Positions 48,075 through 58,072 of a stretch of 64,000 bases of DNA are shown here, piece by piece. Source of the stretch: a virus. Location: the IMG/VR virus record IMGVR_UViG_3300030451_004287, positions 95,660-159,659 of that record. One strand, 5' to 3'. Made by a program: the position numbers and the translations under genes. Each line of letters begins with the position of its first letter. Position 1 is the stretch's first letter. Below the pieces are notes generated by a model. It did not search any database. It was not told where the DNA came from and saw only the letters and a list, made by a program, of their open reading frames with translations.

Positions 48075-48138
48075 TTTTAACCTCTATTTGTTTTGGGGGT
48101 AATATTACATTAATATACACATATTAGACTGTTTTATA

Positions 48139-48645
48139 TTAAATCTCTGCTAAGTCTTCTATTGTAGTAGCGTTTTTTATTGCTGTTCTTTTTGTTGCAT
48201 CTTGTGAACTCAATAAAGCCCTAGCCTGACCATATTGCAACATCAAACTCGTTAGATCTGCTAGATTAAAAGCATGGGATTGTCCCGTTGTGTCTACTAC
48301 AAATACAGGGTCTGTAATTCCTAAACTTGCAGCTTCTTTAGCAAGAACGAAATTCCCATTAAGCAAGGCAACATCAGAAATATCTATTCCTAAACTCCAA
48401 CCGTAGGAGGTTTCCCAGCCAGCTTCTAATATTGTCTTCCACTCTTCATCTACTTCTTCTAGTTTTTCTAGCTTTGCTTTTTCTAGAGGCCAAGATCCTA
48501 TAATAGAATTAACTTGATCTAGTTGCTCTTGAGTTGGATCATCTATATAGTCTATCCTGTAAGTACCATCACCGTTACCAGCAACGCCATGAATAGGTAC
48601 TATGTTAGCTATTGATTTGTGTAAAATTGATAAAGTTTCTAACAT
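48139..48645 (-). CDS. Fibre assembly chaperone-like protein (DUF4376-like)
   Basis: KAKLEKLEEV...W...G...AIKNATTIEDLAEI; immediately follows the long fibre gene. Confidence 0.65.
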   Translation of the reverse strand: MLETLSILHKSIANIVPIHGVAGNGDGTYRIDYIDDPTQEQLDQVNSIIGSWPLEKAKLEKLEEVDEEWKTILEAGWETSYGWSLGIDISDVALLNGNFVLAKEAASLGITDPVFVVDTTGQSHAFNLADLTSLMLQYGQARALLSSQDATKRTAIKNATTIEDLAEI

Positions 48646-51600
48646 AGTATATGTGTCTCCATTATCATGTAATGAAAAAGACTGGTTGATCCAGCACCGT
48701 ACTGTAGAGCTTGAACATAATGGTATCCATCTGCCAAGATTTTTGCAGAAAAATACGCATGGGAATTCAAATCAGATTGGTTGCCATCTGTGGCAGCAGC
48801 ATCTCCCTCAATCGGTACTGTGGCAGAGTCGTAGGCGAAAGCGACATAGCCATATCTGAAAGATGCCATTATATCGCTCCTTGTCAGCTGATCAAGACCT
48901 ATAACAAATTCGTTTCTTGATGTACCAACGGTGGTTGAGTTATAATAAGCCCTCCAAGCTTGTGTAGTATATGAGTGGGTAGAAGTTGCAGATCCTAGTT
49001 TTGATGCCATTCTTCTGCGTGTTTGATTATAGTAATTCCAAACAAGACGTCTGTCTTCACTATCCTCGCACTGTCCTGTACTAGATGTTGTTCTTATAGT
49101 TCCAAGATATCTGCGTGTAGCAGCACCACTCTTAACATATACATTATCTTGAGTAGTAAGAGCTGTTGCTCTAGTAGTATCATTTGTCCAGACAACAGAT
49201 TCAAGAGTTAATGTACCGCTATTGTCATAAACAAAAATATCAAAGTTTTTACCAGCAGTATACCCACTAAGAGATAATTCTAATTGATTAAATGTATGTC
49301 CCTTCCAATTACTTCCATCATATAATGCTATACGATTACCTTTGTGTGGAGTAAAGTATAATTTGGTTTTTGCTGTTTGATCAGTTGTGCTAACGGTAAC
49401 TCCACTTTCTAAAGTAAGCCTACCTTCAACAGTACTTAAACTTGTATTTTGTATTTCTAAACTAGTATCAGTACTAGAATAATTTAAAGTAATTCCAGCA
49501 CCAGCCTGTAACTTTGTATTTAATGTTCCTGTTGTTAATACTGTGCCATCTATATCTATATCAACAGAACCACCTAAACTAACTGCACCTCCATTAGTTA
49601 AGCCAGTGCCAGCATTGATTGTGACAGCACTGTTTGATAGTTTAGCATTCGCAATAGATCCTGCTAACTGAGCATTAGTAATTGTGCCAACAAGACTTGA
49701 AGTAGGATATCCTGTAGCATCAACTAAGTTAAATGCAGGAGTAAGATCGCTACCACCTAATGATAAACTTATACCTCCGTAATTAACCGAACTATTTGAT
49801 AGTTTAGCGTTTGCAATAGATCCTGCCAACTGAGCGTTTGTAATTGTACCAACTAATAAAGATGTTTGAATTCCACTAACATTAAATTGTGTACCGTCTA
49901 ATGCTAATCCTGTACCAGCAGTATAGGTAGTGCCACCACTAGTTCCTGTTGCATGAATAGTTAGAGTCTTATCACCTGTGCTGTATACTAAACTAATACC
50001 ACTACCACCTTGTAGTTTAGTATTGAGTGTTCCTGTTGTTAATACTTCACCACCACTAGCAGTAATAGTACCATCAACATCTAATTTTGTTGCTGGTGCA
50101 CTTGTACCAATGCCAATTCTGTCTGTACTAGCATCAAGCCTAAAGAGATTAACATCACTAGCACCTTCCATTCTAATATCTCTATCAGAACCAGCTTCAT
50201 TAAATACAATTCCAACGCCTCCAGCTCCTACATCATGAATACGAATTTCTGCTTCAGCAGCATTTCCACCACCCCTTATAAAAACGCTCTCTCCATCTTT
50301 AGCACTAATGTAGGTATCAGAACCATCACTAACCATCATATAATCATTACTACCTGACATGTCAGTATGTTTTATACCAGCATAACCAGCATTACCACTT
50401 AAAGCACAATCCCCAAGCATAAGACCACTACCAGACGGATCAGCCAATCTGATACATTGACCATCAGGATAGGTAACATCTAATTTATGTGTAGGAGAGC
50501 TATTACCAATCCCAACACTATCTTCACTGGCATCAACAAAAAACACATAATCATTAGAATCTCCATCAATTCTAAAATCTATATTATTATTATATACATT
50601 AAACCAATTACTGGTATATCCAAAAAGAGTACGATTTTGTCCATTTGTATTAATATCAACTTGTTGTTGAAGATGGGTTGTATCAAGCCCACCGGGAGAG
50701 GTCATTGACAAAACCTGTGTTCCGTCAATATTGAATTGAATTCTATCAGCAGCAGCAACACCGCTTGCATTATCAACACTAATATGTAAATCGCTGTTAC
50801 TCAAAGCAATTCTTGCATAATCTGTATTTCCTGAGACAAAAACCAATTGTCCATCAAGATCAATATCGCCAGTCAAATGTATATTGCCTTGACCAAATAT
50901 ATTTTTATTATTTAAATCTAAATGACCGCCAAGTTGAGGACTGGTATCTTCTAAAACACTACCTATACCACTACCTCCACCTGCACCAGTAGCCACAGCA
51001 ACAGCAACACCGGTAACATGTCCATTACTATCCAAGAATAAATCTTGTATAAAAATATTACCAGAATTATCAATACTCGAAGCCGCACTGATATTTGGAT
51101 GTGCTGTAAGATATCCTGTGTCATTATTTAGAAAACTAATATTATCTCCGCTATGAATAATCCCATTTAAAACTCCTGTTACGCTACCACTATTCCTTGA
51201 TAGAACCAAAGAATGAGTTCCAGAATTATATGTAATTCCTGTAACAAAAGTATTCAGTCCTGTCTCAGTATAACCTGTTATATATCCAACATTATTATTA
51301 AGGACACTAATATTATCTCCGGTTTGTACCACACTGCTGTCTATATTAAATTGTGTACCTACTAAAACCAATCCTGTCCCATCAGTATATTCTGTGTTTG
51401 TATCTACTCCAGTTTCTGTAGCTGTAGTTACTCCTGTAATATGACCAAATTCATCTACTCTAATATCCTGAACATAAGTACGACCGCTACTATCGACACC
51501 TGTAGCGTTACTAATAGCTATATGAGAGCCACTGATGGCGTATGGGACGTTGTTATTTAAAAGACTAATATTGTTTCCACTTACTAAATAACCAGCGTCA

Positions 51601-52256
51601 TTTGTTAAAACACTAACATTATCCCCACTATGTATAACATTAGACAAAACCCCTGTTACAGTTCCAGAATGAGTAGACAATACTAGATTATGATTAGTAG
51701 AATTATAACTAACCCCTGTGACAAAAGCATCTGTAGATGAAGAGGCAACTCCTGAGACAAATTCTAATGCAGAGCCTCCTGAATTAACAGCAACAAATTT
51801 GGAGCCCTGACCGCTAAAACTAGATGGAGTATCAGTCAGATTTAAGAAAGTAGAAGAACCACCGCCAATTCCAGTACCAGTAGCATAGGCAGCAGCTAGA
51901 CCAGTTACATGTCCATATTGGTCTAATAAAACATCTTGAATAAATAAACTACCCGCATTGTTTACGGAAGATGCTGCAGAGATAGTTGGATGACTTACTA
52001 CAAAATCTGAACTTACAGTCAAATTAATCTCGTTTGCTTTTTCTATAGTTAAAGAAGAAGCATCTGCGTCACTATCTACTGATGTAGTGATTTCTATTAT
52101 ATTTTTATTGGCTTCTGCTGTTCCGTCCGTACCTTGTTGTATTTCTAAAAAAAACTTATCTTGAGATGAAGTTGCATTAAAACTGTCTGCTGTGCTGGTG
52201 TTTACATCAAGTATATACTTTTCGGAATCTGAAACCTCTACTGTGAATGTTGCCAT
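48639..52256 (-). CDS. Long fibre protein with modular repeats
   Basis: QD..LD..GH(V/I)TG x3, GDN(I/V)S.L.N..GY repeats, DTSPQLGGHLDLN, GIG.S.P..KLDV, GTITNAQLAGSIANAKLSNS x2; C-terminal GRLTLESG...RRYLGT domain. Confidence 0.8.
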   Translation of the reverse strand: MATFTVEVSDSEKYILDVNTSTADSFNATSSQDKFFLEIQQGTDGTAEANKNIIEITTSVDSDADASSLTIEKANEINLTVSSDFVVSHPTISAASSVNNAGSLFIQDVLLDQYGHVTGLAAAYATGTGIGGGSSTFLNLTDTPSSFSGQGSKFVAVNSGGSALEFVSGVASSSTDAFVTGVSYNSTNHNLVLSTHSGTVTGVLSNVIHSGDNVSVLTNDAGYLVSGNNISLLNNNVPYAISGSHIAISNATGVDSSGRTYVQDIRVDEFGHITGVTTATETGVDTNTEYTDGTGLVLVGTQFNIDSSVVQTGDNISVLNNNVGYITGYTETGLNTFVTGITYNSGTHSLVLSRNSGSVTGVLNGIIHSGDNISFLNNDTGYLTAHPNISAASSIDNSGNIFIQDLFLDSNGHVTGVAVAVATGAGGGSGIGSVLEDTSPQLGGHLDLNNKNIFGQGNIHLTGDIDLDGQLVFVSGNTDYARIALSNSDLHISVDNASGVAAADRIQFNIDGTQVLSMTSPGGLDTTHLQQQVDINTNGQNRTLFGYTSNWFNVYNNNIDFRIDGDSNDYVFFVDASEDSVGIGNSSPTHKLDVTYPDGQCIRLADPSGSGLMLGDCALSGNAGYAGIKHTDMSGSNDYMMVSDGSDTYISAKDGESVFIRGGGNAAEAEIRIHDVGAGGVGIVFNEAGSDRDIRMEGASDVNLFRLDASTDRIGIGTSAPATKLDVDGTITASGGEVLTTGTLNTKLQGGSGISLVYSTGDKTLTIHATGTSGGTTYTAGTGLALDGTQFNVSGIQTSLLVGTITNAQLAGSIANAKLSNSSVNYGGISLSLGGSDLTPAFNLVDATGYPTSSLVGTITNAQLAGSIANAKLSNSAVTINAGTGLTNGGAVSLGGSVDIDIDGTVLTTGTLNTKLQAGAGITLNYSSTDTSLEIQNTSLSTVEGRLTLESGVTVSTTDQTAKTKLYFTPHKGNRIALYDGSNWKGHTFNQLELSLSGYTAGKNFDIFVYDNSGTLTLESVVWTNDTTRATALTTQDNVYVKSGAATRRYLGTIRTTSSTGQCEDSEDRRLVWNYYNQTRRRMASKLGSATSTHSYTTQAWRAYYNSTTVGTSRNEFVIGLDQLTRSDIMASFRYGYVAFAYDSATVPIEGDAAATDGNQSDLNSHAYFSAKILADGYHYVQALQYGAGSTSLFHYMIMETHILC

Positions 52257-52263
52257 ATTATAA

Positions 52264-52665
52264 TCAACATGATAAAAGTGTGCTCGATTTACTATTTCTC
52301 TTTAAAAGGGTAACAGTCCCATATAAAATCCTTATAACATATTTACCACCACCAGTGTAATGATCAACATTAGACTCAAGCTCAAAATCATATTTAGCAT
52401 TATTAAAGTCATAAGCATTTGTTACAGAAGCTGGTAGTTCAAACTTTACTGTTCCAGAAGCATCATTAACAACGGTTACTTTATACAGAGATGCATCTGA
52501 ATTTGTAGAACTAAAAGTTTGGGTAGTATTAGTGTTTGTTTTCCAAATTATTCTAGCGCACCAATTTCTAATATCCACAGGATTATTATTGGCATCTTTA
52601 TAAACAACTGTCATCCTAAAAGAAGAACCTTGTTCTATATTAAAATCATATAAGCTGGCTGCCAT
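52264..52665 (-). CDS. Ig-like/BppU-like virion protein (probable start ATG 52665)
   Basis: DFNIEQGSSF...YKD...PVDI...AKYDFEL...RILYG.V; AGGAG RBS before MAASLY. Confidence 0.65.
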   Translation of the reverse strand: MAASLYDFNIEQGSSFRMTVVYKDANNNPVDIRNWCARIIWKTNTNTTQTFSSTNSDASLYKVTVVNDASGTVKFELPASVTNAYDFNNAKYDFELESNVDHYTGGGKYVIRILYGTVTLLKRNSKSSTLLSC

Positions 52666-52717
52666 ATTTAATCTCCTAAGTAAAGCCATTAAGCTACTAA
52701 TATATACACAATATCAT

Positions 52718-52748
52718 AAAAAAAGGGCTAGCAAACGCCAGCCCTTTT
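52718..52748 (-). terminator. Rho-independent terminator after the major capsid gene
   Basis: Minus strand GGGCTGGC-GTTT-GCTAGCCC followed by T7; an A-run/T-run on both sides makes it possibly bidirectional. Confidence 0.85.
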
Positions 52749-52773
52749 CTACTAGACAGTAGTTGTCAGACAA

Positions 52774-53787
52774 TTAAAGAGAACCGAGCAATACTCTGCG
52801 GTTGTCGAGCACAGCAAAACCCTGTTCTGCCCAACCGTAGAAACCAGCTCTTTTCTGTCTGTGAAGTGAATCGTCTTCAAAGATCTGAACTTCTTGACGA
52901 ATTGGCATCACAAAAGAGTCTCTCTTACGCAAATCAAGACCCACAACAATCTCAGTGTTATGGCCTGCTGGCTGTGTACCAGAGAGTGAGCTAGTGTAGA
53001 AAGTCTGGTATTCCTGACCTTCGCCTAGTTCGTCGATATCGTGAAGGTTGATACCGAACACTCTGTTAACACTACCATCAGCAGCGGTATAGATCTCACG
53101 ACGAGTAACCTCATCGACTTGATCAACGCCCCAGTTACGAATGTCTTCCATAGCTTCTGGAGAAACATAAAGGTCTGTTAGGGCACCTCTGTTATTTGAG
53201 GTTGAGTTACCACCACCGTTACGACGCATAACAGTTTTCATCAAGCTTACCAAACGCTTGCTGAACTGACCATTAGCAGCATCATCATCAAAGACAACGA
53301 TGTTACGGTCTACACCAGCTGCTAAAATGGTGTGCCAGCCATCGTCATTCATCTTCTTCGTGAACTGAGATTCGAGAACCTCCATTGCACGACCTACAAC
53401 GTCCCAGCGAGCATCTCTGGCATACTTCAGAAGATAGTCGATGCTAGCACCAATGTCATAGGTTGGAACCATGACATAGTCGCCTTCGACATGACGTTCT
53501 GGAATATATCCATGATTAGGGATCGTGTAAGCAACAAAGTCAGACTCTGTGCCAGGTGCTAGAAAATCCAATGGAAATTCTGGTACAGCACTATCGGCTA
53601 ATCTAACTGGTTCGAAAATACCATCTAAGATATCCCCACTAAGGACACCCTGTCGTAATGGTAACTCTAAGGCTTTAGCGAACTGAGAGCTAGCCTCTAA
53701 TGACTGAGTCTTTTCTGCGGAACCAGAGCGCATCAAAAGATCAGTTAATTCTTGACTAGGCTCAAATTTTTCTGATTTTACTGACAT
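52774..53787 (-). CDS. Major capsid protein (HK97 fold)
   Basis: 337 aa after protease and decoration genes; strong RBS; biased codon usage; followed by a terminator; C-terminal GFYGWAEQGFAVLD. Confidence 0.88.
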   Translation of the reverse strand: MSVKSEKFEPSQELTDLLMRSGSAEKTQSLEASSQFAKALELPLRQGVLSGDILDGIFEPVRLADSAVPEFPLDFLAPGTESDFVAYTIPNHGYIPERHVEGDYVMVPTYDIGASIDYLLKYARDARWDVVGRAMEVLESQFTKKMNDDGWHTILAAGVDRNIVVFDDDAANGQFSKRLVSLMKTVMRRNGGGNSTSNNRGALTDLYVSPEAMEDIRNWGVDQVDEVTRREIYTAADGSVNRVFGINLHDIDELGEGQEYQTFYTSSLSGTQPAGHNTEIVVGLDLRKRDSFVMPIRQEVQIFEDDSLHRQKRAGFYGWAEQGFAVLDNRRVLLGSL

Positions 53788-53804
53788 TTTTATTCTCCCA
53801 TTAA

Positions 53805-54260
53805 TTAAATGTTGACTGAAACTTTAGCGTAACCATCGGAATCTTTTGCACTCAGGAACTGCCCAACTGCTAATGCACCACTCAACTGAGTAGCACTAAT
53901 ATTACCACCACTATGCAAGTAAGCTGTTTGACCAGCTGCTGGCGTACCATTTAGGTTGTTAGTAACAACCTGGCCTTTTCGAAGGACTGCAACTTTGCCA
54001 CCCTTCTGGATTTCGTCTTTGTGAAAGTTGATGTGCTGTCTTGTAAGATCAAGATCAACAACATCATTCAATAAGACACCGACTGGATAAGCACCACTAG
54101 GGTTACTTGTATATGCTACAACAGCATTAGCGTCGTCCATTGCAGCGCCAACACCAGTGGATGCAGTCGAAACTGATACCACACCGCCTCTTGTTGCAGT
54201 CGTACTCATGAAAAAAGAGACGTCACTTAATAATTCGATACGATCAGGTTTTAGAGCCAT
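53805..54260 (-). CDS. Capsid decoration/cement protein
   Basis: Small Gly/Ala/Val-rich beta protein between scaffold and capsid genes (PVGVLLNDV...GTPAAGQTAYL...G). Confidence 0.7.
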   Translation of the reverse strand: MALKPDRIELLSDVSFFMSTTATRGGVVSVSTASTGVGAAMDDANAVVAYTSNPSGAYPVGVLLNDVVDLDLTRQHINFHKDEIQKGGKVAVLRKGQVVTNNLNGTPAAGQTAYLHSGGNISATQLSGALAVGQFLSAKDSDGYAKVSVNI

Positions 54261-54262
54261 TT

Positions 54263-55045
54263 TTATTCTCCCTTATTTAGTTTTTTACCGAGTCTAGAGT
54301 AAACAAATTCAATTAAAGCTGCACTAGTTGTATTCATTTCTGAATCATCTTCACCGCCAACAGTAAGATCTAGAGCTTCAGTCTCTTCAACCTCTTCTAA
54401 AATCTCTTCTGCTGTATCAAAATCTTCAGCTTTGCTTTCTTCTTCTTTCTTCTTCTTTTCTAAAGCTTCCTTCAATGCTGGTGGCATCTTACCTGCCTCA
54501 GCTTCTTTTTCCTTATCTTCATCATGCTTCTTAGCTTTTTCTTTGTCCTCATCATGCATTTTTGCCATCTTCTTCTTGTAAACAGCAACAACAGCATCAA
54601 AGGCGTCATCGTCAAGAGCATCATAAGCTGCTAAGGATTCTTCAATTTCGCTATCTTCAAAACCACACTCTGCTAAAGAAGCCATTCTCTTCTTCATCTG
54701 TTGGTCTTTCATGAGAGCTGCATATTTCTTAGTCATGTCTGCTAAGGATTCCTTATCTTTCTTCATTTCGTTCTTAAGCTTCATCATTTCAGCTTCAGCT
54801 TCATCAAGCTTCTTCTTCAGTTCAGCTTTAACTTCGTCTTCTTTATGCATTTTTGCCTCGGATTCTTGTTGACTTTCAACTTCCTCCTGTGAGGCTTCAA
54901 CTTGCTCTGTTTCTGTTACTTCAACTGCTTCTTCTGTAGCATTTTCAGTTGCAACAGCCTCTACAGCAGTTTCAGCTTCAGTTTCAGTTTCAGAAGCAAC
55001 TACTAATTCTTCTTTTGTTTCGGTTTCTAACTCTTCTTTGCTCAT
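54263..55045 (-). CDS. Nested in-frame scaffold protein (internal start, 260 aa)
   Basis: GGAGG-8 nt-ATG at 55045, in frame; GGTGTA late box at 55091-55096. Confidence 0.65.
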   Translation of the reverse strand: MSKEELETETKEELVVASETETEAETAVEAVATENATEEAVEVTETEQVEASQEEVESQQESEAKMHKEDEVKAELKKKLDEAEAEMMKLKNEMKKDKESLADMTKKYAALMKDQQMKKRMASLAECGFEDSEIEESLAAYDALDDDAFDAVVAVYKKKMAKMHDEDKEKAKKHDEDKEKEAEAGKMPPALKEALEKKKKEEESKAEDFDTAEEILEEVEETEALDLTVGGEDDSEMNTTSAALIEFVYSRLGKKLNKGE

Positions 55046-55879
55046 TATACAAGCCTCCACAGTATTATGGGTTTCTACGTATTCTAGTGATACACCTTTA
55101 TTTTCTAAATCTTCATTTTTTAAATCTTCTTTTTTTAAGTCATCAAATTTTTCTATCTTATCTTTTAAAATAACACTATTAACATTGGCAGGCTTATCAA
55201 CATAACCCTTACCACTAAAAGTGATATTTCTTAATACTCTACCAATTTTATAATCATCCTTCTCCCCAGTACCACCATATGCCCTTAAATATTTAGTTAA
55301 ATATGCGCTAGCATTATCTCTAGGTACTACTTTATAAGATCCATCAACCTTATTAATCAGGCCGTAATCAAAATTATTAAAATAACATTCCATGCTGACA
55401 TATTTGGTACCATCCTCAATAGAAGCTATTAGATCCCTAGTTCTTTCTTTTAGTTCTGGATCTGTATAAGCCTTATAGATTACAGCACCTGTTAAAATAT
55501 GAAAATTTTCAGGAAGATTATCTACAGGAGTTTCTTTGTCTATTAACATACCCTCATTTGTAATAGGGTAGTTAGAAATAATATGTCCTACAATAGTATG
55601 TTCATCATGATTAAGATTTGTAGGTTTATGTTCGGGTGTTTCTTTAGCTTTCCAGATTTCATCAGGCTGGAAAATATCGTCATTTTTATTCCAGTTAGAA
55701 GTAACCAAAATAGATTGCACGTAATACATATCAGCATCCTGCACAGAAGCAAGTGCCTTCATTTGCGTAGAAACAGATTCTACATGTAATGGTTCAACAG
55801 CAGAAGCAAAAGACACACTTTTGTCATTAGCAACTGCCATTCCAATACCGTCATCATATTCTTGTTGAAATACTCTCAT
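54263..55879 (-). CDS. Prohead protease-scaffold fusion
   Basis: NKNDDIF, N.NHD..IVGH, VSMEC, FSGKGYVDKPAN protease motifs; Glu/Lys/Ala-rich coiled-coil C-terminus. Confidence 0.82.
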   Translation of the reverse strand: MRVFQQEYDDGIGMAVANDKSVSFASAVEPLHVESVSTQMKALASVQDADMYYVQSILVTSNWNKNDDIFQPDEIWKAKETPEHKPTNLNHDEHTIVGHIISNYPITNEGMLIDKETPVDNLPENFHILTGAVIYKAYTDPELKERTRDLIASIEDGTKYVSMECYFNNFDYGLINKVDGSYKVVPRDNASAYLTKYLRAYGGTGEKDDYKIGRVLRNITFSGKGYVDKPANVNSVILKDKIEKFDDLKKEDLKNEDLENKGVSLEYVETHNTVEACIMSKEELETETKEELVVASETETEAETAVEAVATENATEEAVEVTETEQVEASQEEVESQQESEAKMHKEDEVKAELKKKLDEAEAEMMKLKNEMKKDKESLADMTKKYAALMKDQQMKKRMASLAECGFEDSEIEESLAAYDALDDDAFDAVVAVYKKKMAKMHDEDKEKAKKHDEDKEKEAEAGKMPPALKEALEKKKKEEESKAEDFDTAEEILEEVEETEALDLTVGGEDDSEMNTTSAALIEFVYSRLGKKLNKGE

Positions 55880-55894
55880 TTTTTACCTCCAGAA

Positions 55895-58021
55895 TCAACC
55901 ATACACCATAGAATAAAAATAAGATTTTAATTGCTTATGGTCATCTGTAGTTAAGTCTTTATTTACAGTAGATTTTACTTGTTTGATGAAATTACCATAT
56001 TGTGATACAGCATTAGATTTCTGAGAAACTGCAATCTTGTTCTTGACTAGTTCTTCAGTTAAAATTTCAGAAGGACTAATAGAAAACAATACCGAAGTTT
56101 TAACTTTATCTGTTTCGTTATATTCTGCTTGAGATAAACTCCTCATATTCTTTTTATTAAAATATTCTAAAAATACAGGATTTACTATATCAGCAATCTT
56201 TTCCTGTAGCCCCAAGCTATGCATCATTAGGGAAGCACCAGTTTGAGGGGCAAATTCTTTTTCTTTTCTTTTTTCAGAATCTTTAGAATTACGAGGTCTG
56301 CCTTCTCCGGGAGCTCCTTTATCTTTAGTTTTAGGAGCAAACTTGTTTTTTAGCTCTAATAATGTTTCTTCTGTATCTAGCTTATCATTTAGAGGAAGAC
56401 CTACTTGATTAGGAGTAGCGATACCTAACTGTAAAGCGACTCTCTTCAAATTGTCATTAGTTGATGTATATGGACCAAGCTTGTCAGTCATTCTGCTTGA
56501 ACTTCTTGCCTTGTCTTCTCGATTAATTCTAACGTTTTCTAGATCAGGATCAGCACCAAATCTCTTCTGTACAAACTCATTGGATATAATATTTCTATCA
56601 GCTAATTGTATGATAAGAGCTTTTTCTGCTTCCTCATTACTCAAGTCCATTCTATCAAATTCTATTTTTGCAGAGTATCTGAAACCCATGGCTTTTTGTA
56701 TCATGTCTAGCTCTGCCTGCCAAAATTTTTGCAATACATCTCTGCCATACTGTAGTCTCTGAGTAAGAGTTTTCAAGCTAATAAAATTGTTCGTAGTTCC
56801 TGCTGCTCCGTAAGTTCCGGTAAGCGTAGGAGGAATTCCCAAACCTGCATAAACATTGTTAAGATGTGGTGTATACTTAGCTTCACCTAAGAATTGATGA
56901 ACATTTGTATTAGATTCTAGAAGCTCTATATCTGGACCCCATACAACATCCATCGTGCCTCCACCAACGTTATTTTGTAAAATAGATGCTAATTTAGAAG
57001 CAGCAGCTTTCGTAGGAGCAATCTTGTGATCTAAATTTCCTAATTTGAAGATTCTAATATTGGATATAGCCCCATCTAAAGCCGCCATGTCTGCAAGTTT
57101 AAGTTTTTCCAAAACGGTAATATCGTCCATAATTGAATAAATCATTGGATAAGCCCAAGTCTGCCAATCATCTTTTTTGTAATGATTAACAATAATTTTA
57201 TTTGGGTCAAGGTAATAAGGCTTACGAGTCTTGGCTGCTTCAATAACTTCTGGTGGCAGTTTTGCTACCATAAATTTTTCAGCATCATTCTTGGGAGAAT
57301 TAATAATCTTTCTAAGGTGTGCTGGCAACTTCAACCCATAAGCCTTTTTACCACCCACAAAAGAAGCTAACGGCCCTGCTGCAATTTCAATGTAGACAGG
57401 GTCGATAAACGTGTATTTCCAAGGGATTTCTTTTTTGCCCAATGCTAAAGTCTCATTCCTAACATCCGTATCTGAAAAATCTGCTGCGTTGGCTTTATAC
57501 ATGTTTTGGATAGACTTATTAGAAAGTTTGGCTGTTTGTCTGCTTACGACAATATTGCCAGAACGATATAGATTATTTAAAAATCTTTCGCTTCTATCCT
57601 TTCCATTTGCTTTTTTAAACCAATTTCTATAAAATCTTTCTATTCTTTTATTTGGATGAGAGACCGTAATACCTTGACTAGCAAAGTCTCCCATAAGATC
57701 GATTACATTTTTAACTAAACCTACTCTTTGATATATGTCATCTGCTCTACGGAGTATTGCTTTGATTTCCTCTGGAACAGATTCTTGAGGTCTAAAATAA
57801 TCATAGTCAGATCTAGATAATCCAGGCTTACCAGAAATATTAGGCAACACATTGGAAAAATCTGTCCTATTTGTCATCCTTCCAGCGCCTGCTTTGGCGT
57901 GTTGAATACCAGTATATTCCTCTAAAGAACCAGCAGCAGCATCTAAAGCTTCTTTCTTGCTCTCTTCACTGTCTCCCCAGAAACAGAAAGCTTCGTCAGG
58001 TTTGTTTGTTTTGTCTTTCAT
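55895..58021 (-). CDS. Portal protein
   Basis: Follows the terminase; GLVKNVIDLM, YRSGN, VYAGLGIPP.L, IEFD..DL pattern; GRP-containing tail. Confidence 0.85.
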   Translation of the reverse strand: MKDKTNKPDEAFCFWGDSEESKKEALDAAAGSLEEYTGIQHAKAGAGRMTNRTDFSNVLPNISGKPGLSRSDYDYFRPQESVPEEIKAILRRADDIYQRVGLVKNVIDLMGDFASQGITVSHPNKRIERFYRNWFKKANGKDRSERFLNNLYRSGNIVVSRQTAKLSNKSIQNMYKANAADFSDTDVRNETLALGKKEIPWKYTFIDPVYIEIAAGPLASFVGGKKAYGLKLPAHLRKIINSPKNDAEKFMVAKLPPEVIEAAKTRKPYYLDPNKIIVNHYKKDDWQTWAYPMIYSIMDDITVLEKLKLADMAALDGAISNIRIFKLGNLDHKIAPTKAAASKLASILQNNVGGGTMDVVWGPDIELLESNTNVHQFLGEAKYTPHLNNVYAGLGIPPTLTGTYGAAGTTNNFISLKTLTQRLQYGRDVLQKFWQAELDMIQKAMGFRYSAKIEFDRMDLSNEEAEKALIIQLADRNIISNEFVQKRFGADPDLENVRINREDKARSSSRMTDKLGPYTSTNDNLKRVALQLGIATPNQVGLPLNDKLDTEETLLELKNKFAPKTKDKGAPGEGRPRNSKDSEKRKEKEFAPQTGASLMMHSLGLQEKIADIVNPVFLEYFNKKNMRSLSQAEYNETDKVKTSVLFSISPSEILTEELVKNKIAVSQKSNAVSQYGNFIKQVKSTVNKDLTTDDHKQLKSYFYSMVYG

Positions 58022-58072
58022 ATGTTTTTTTCTAATAGAATTGCAATAGTATTGTTATATTTTAGATACACC

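Noticed and set aside
47385-52256. Diversity-generating retroelement suggested by the Mtd-like N-terminus and repeats
   Set aside because: No reverse transcriptase in the window. The repeats are in-frame coding duplications without a non-coding template copy or adenine-specific variation.
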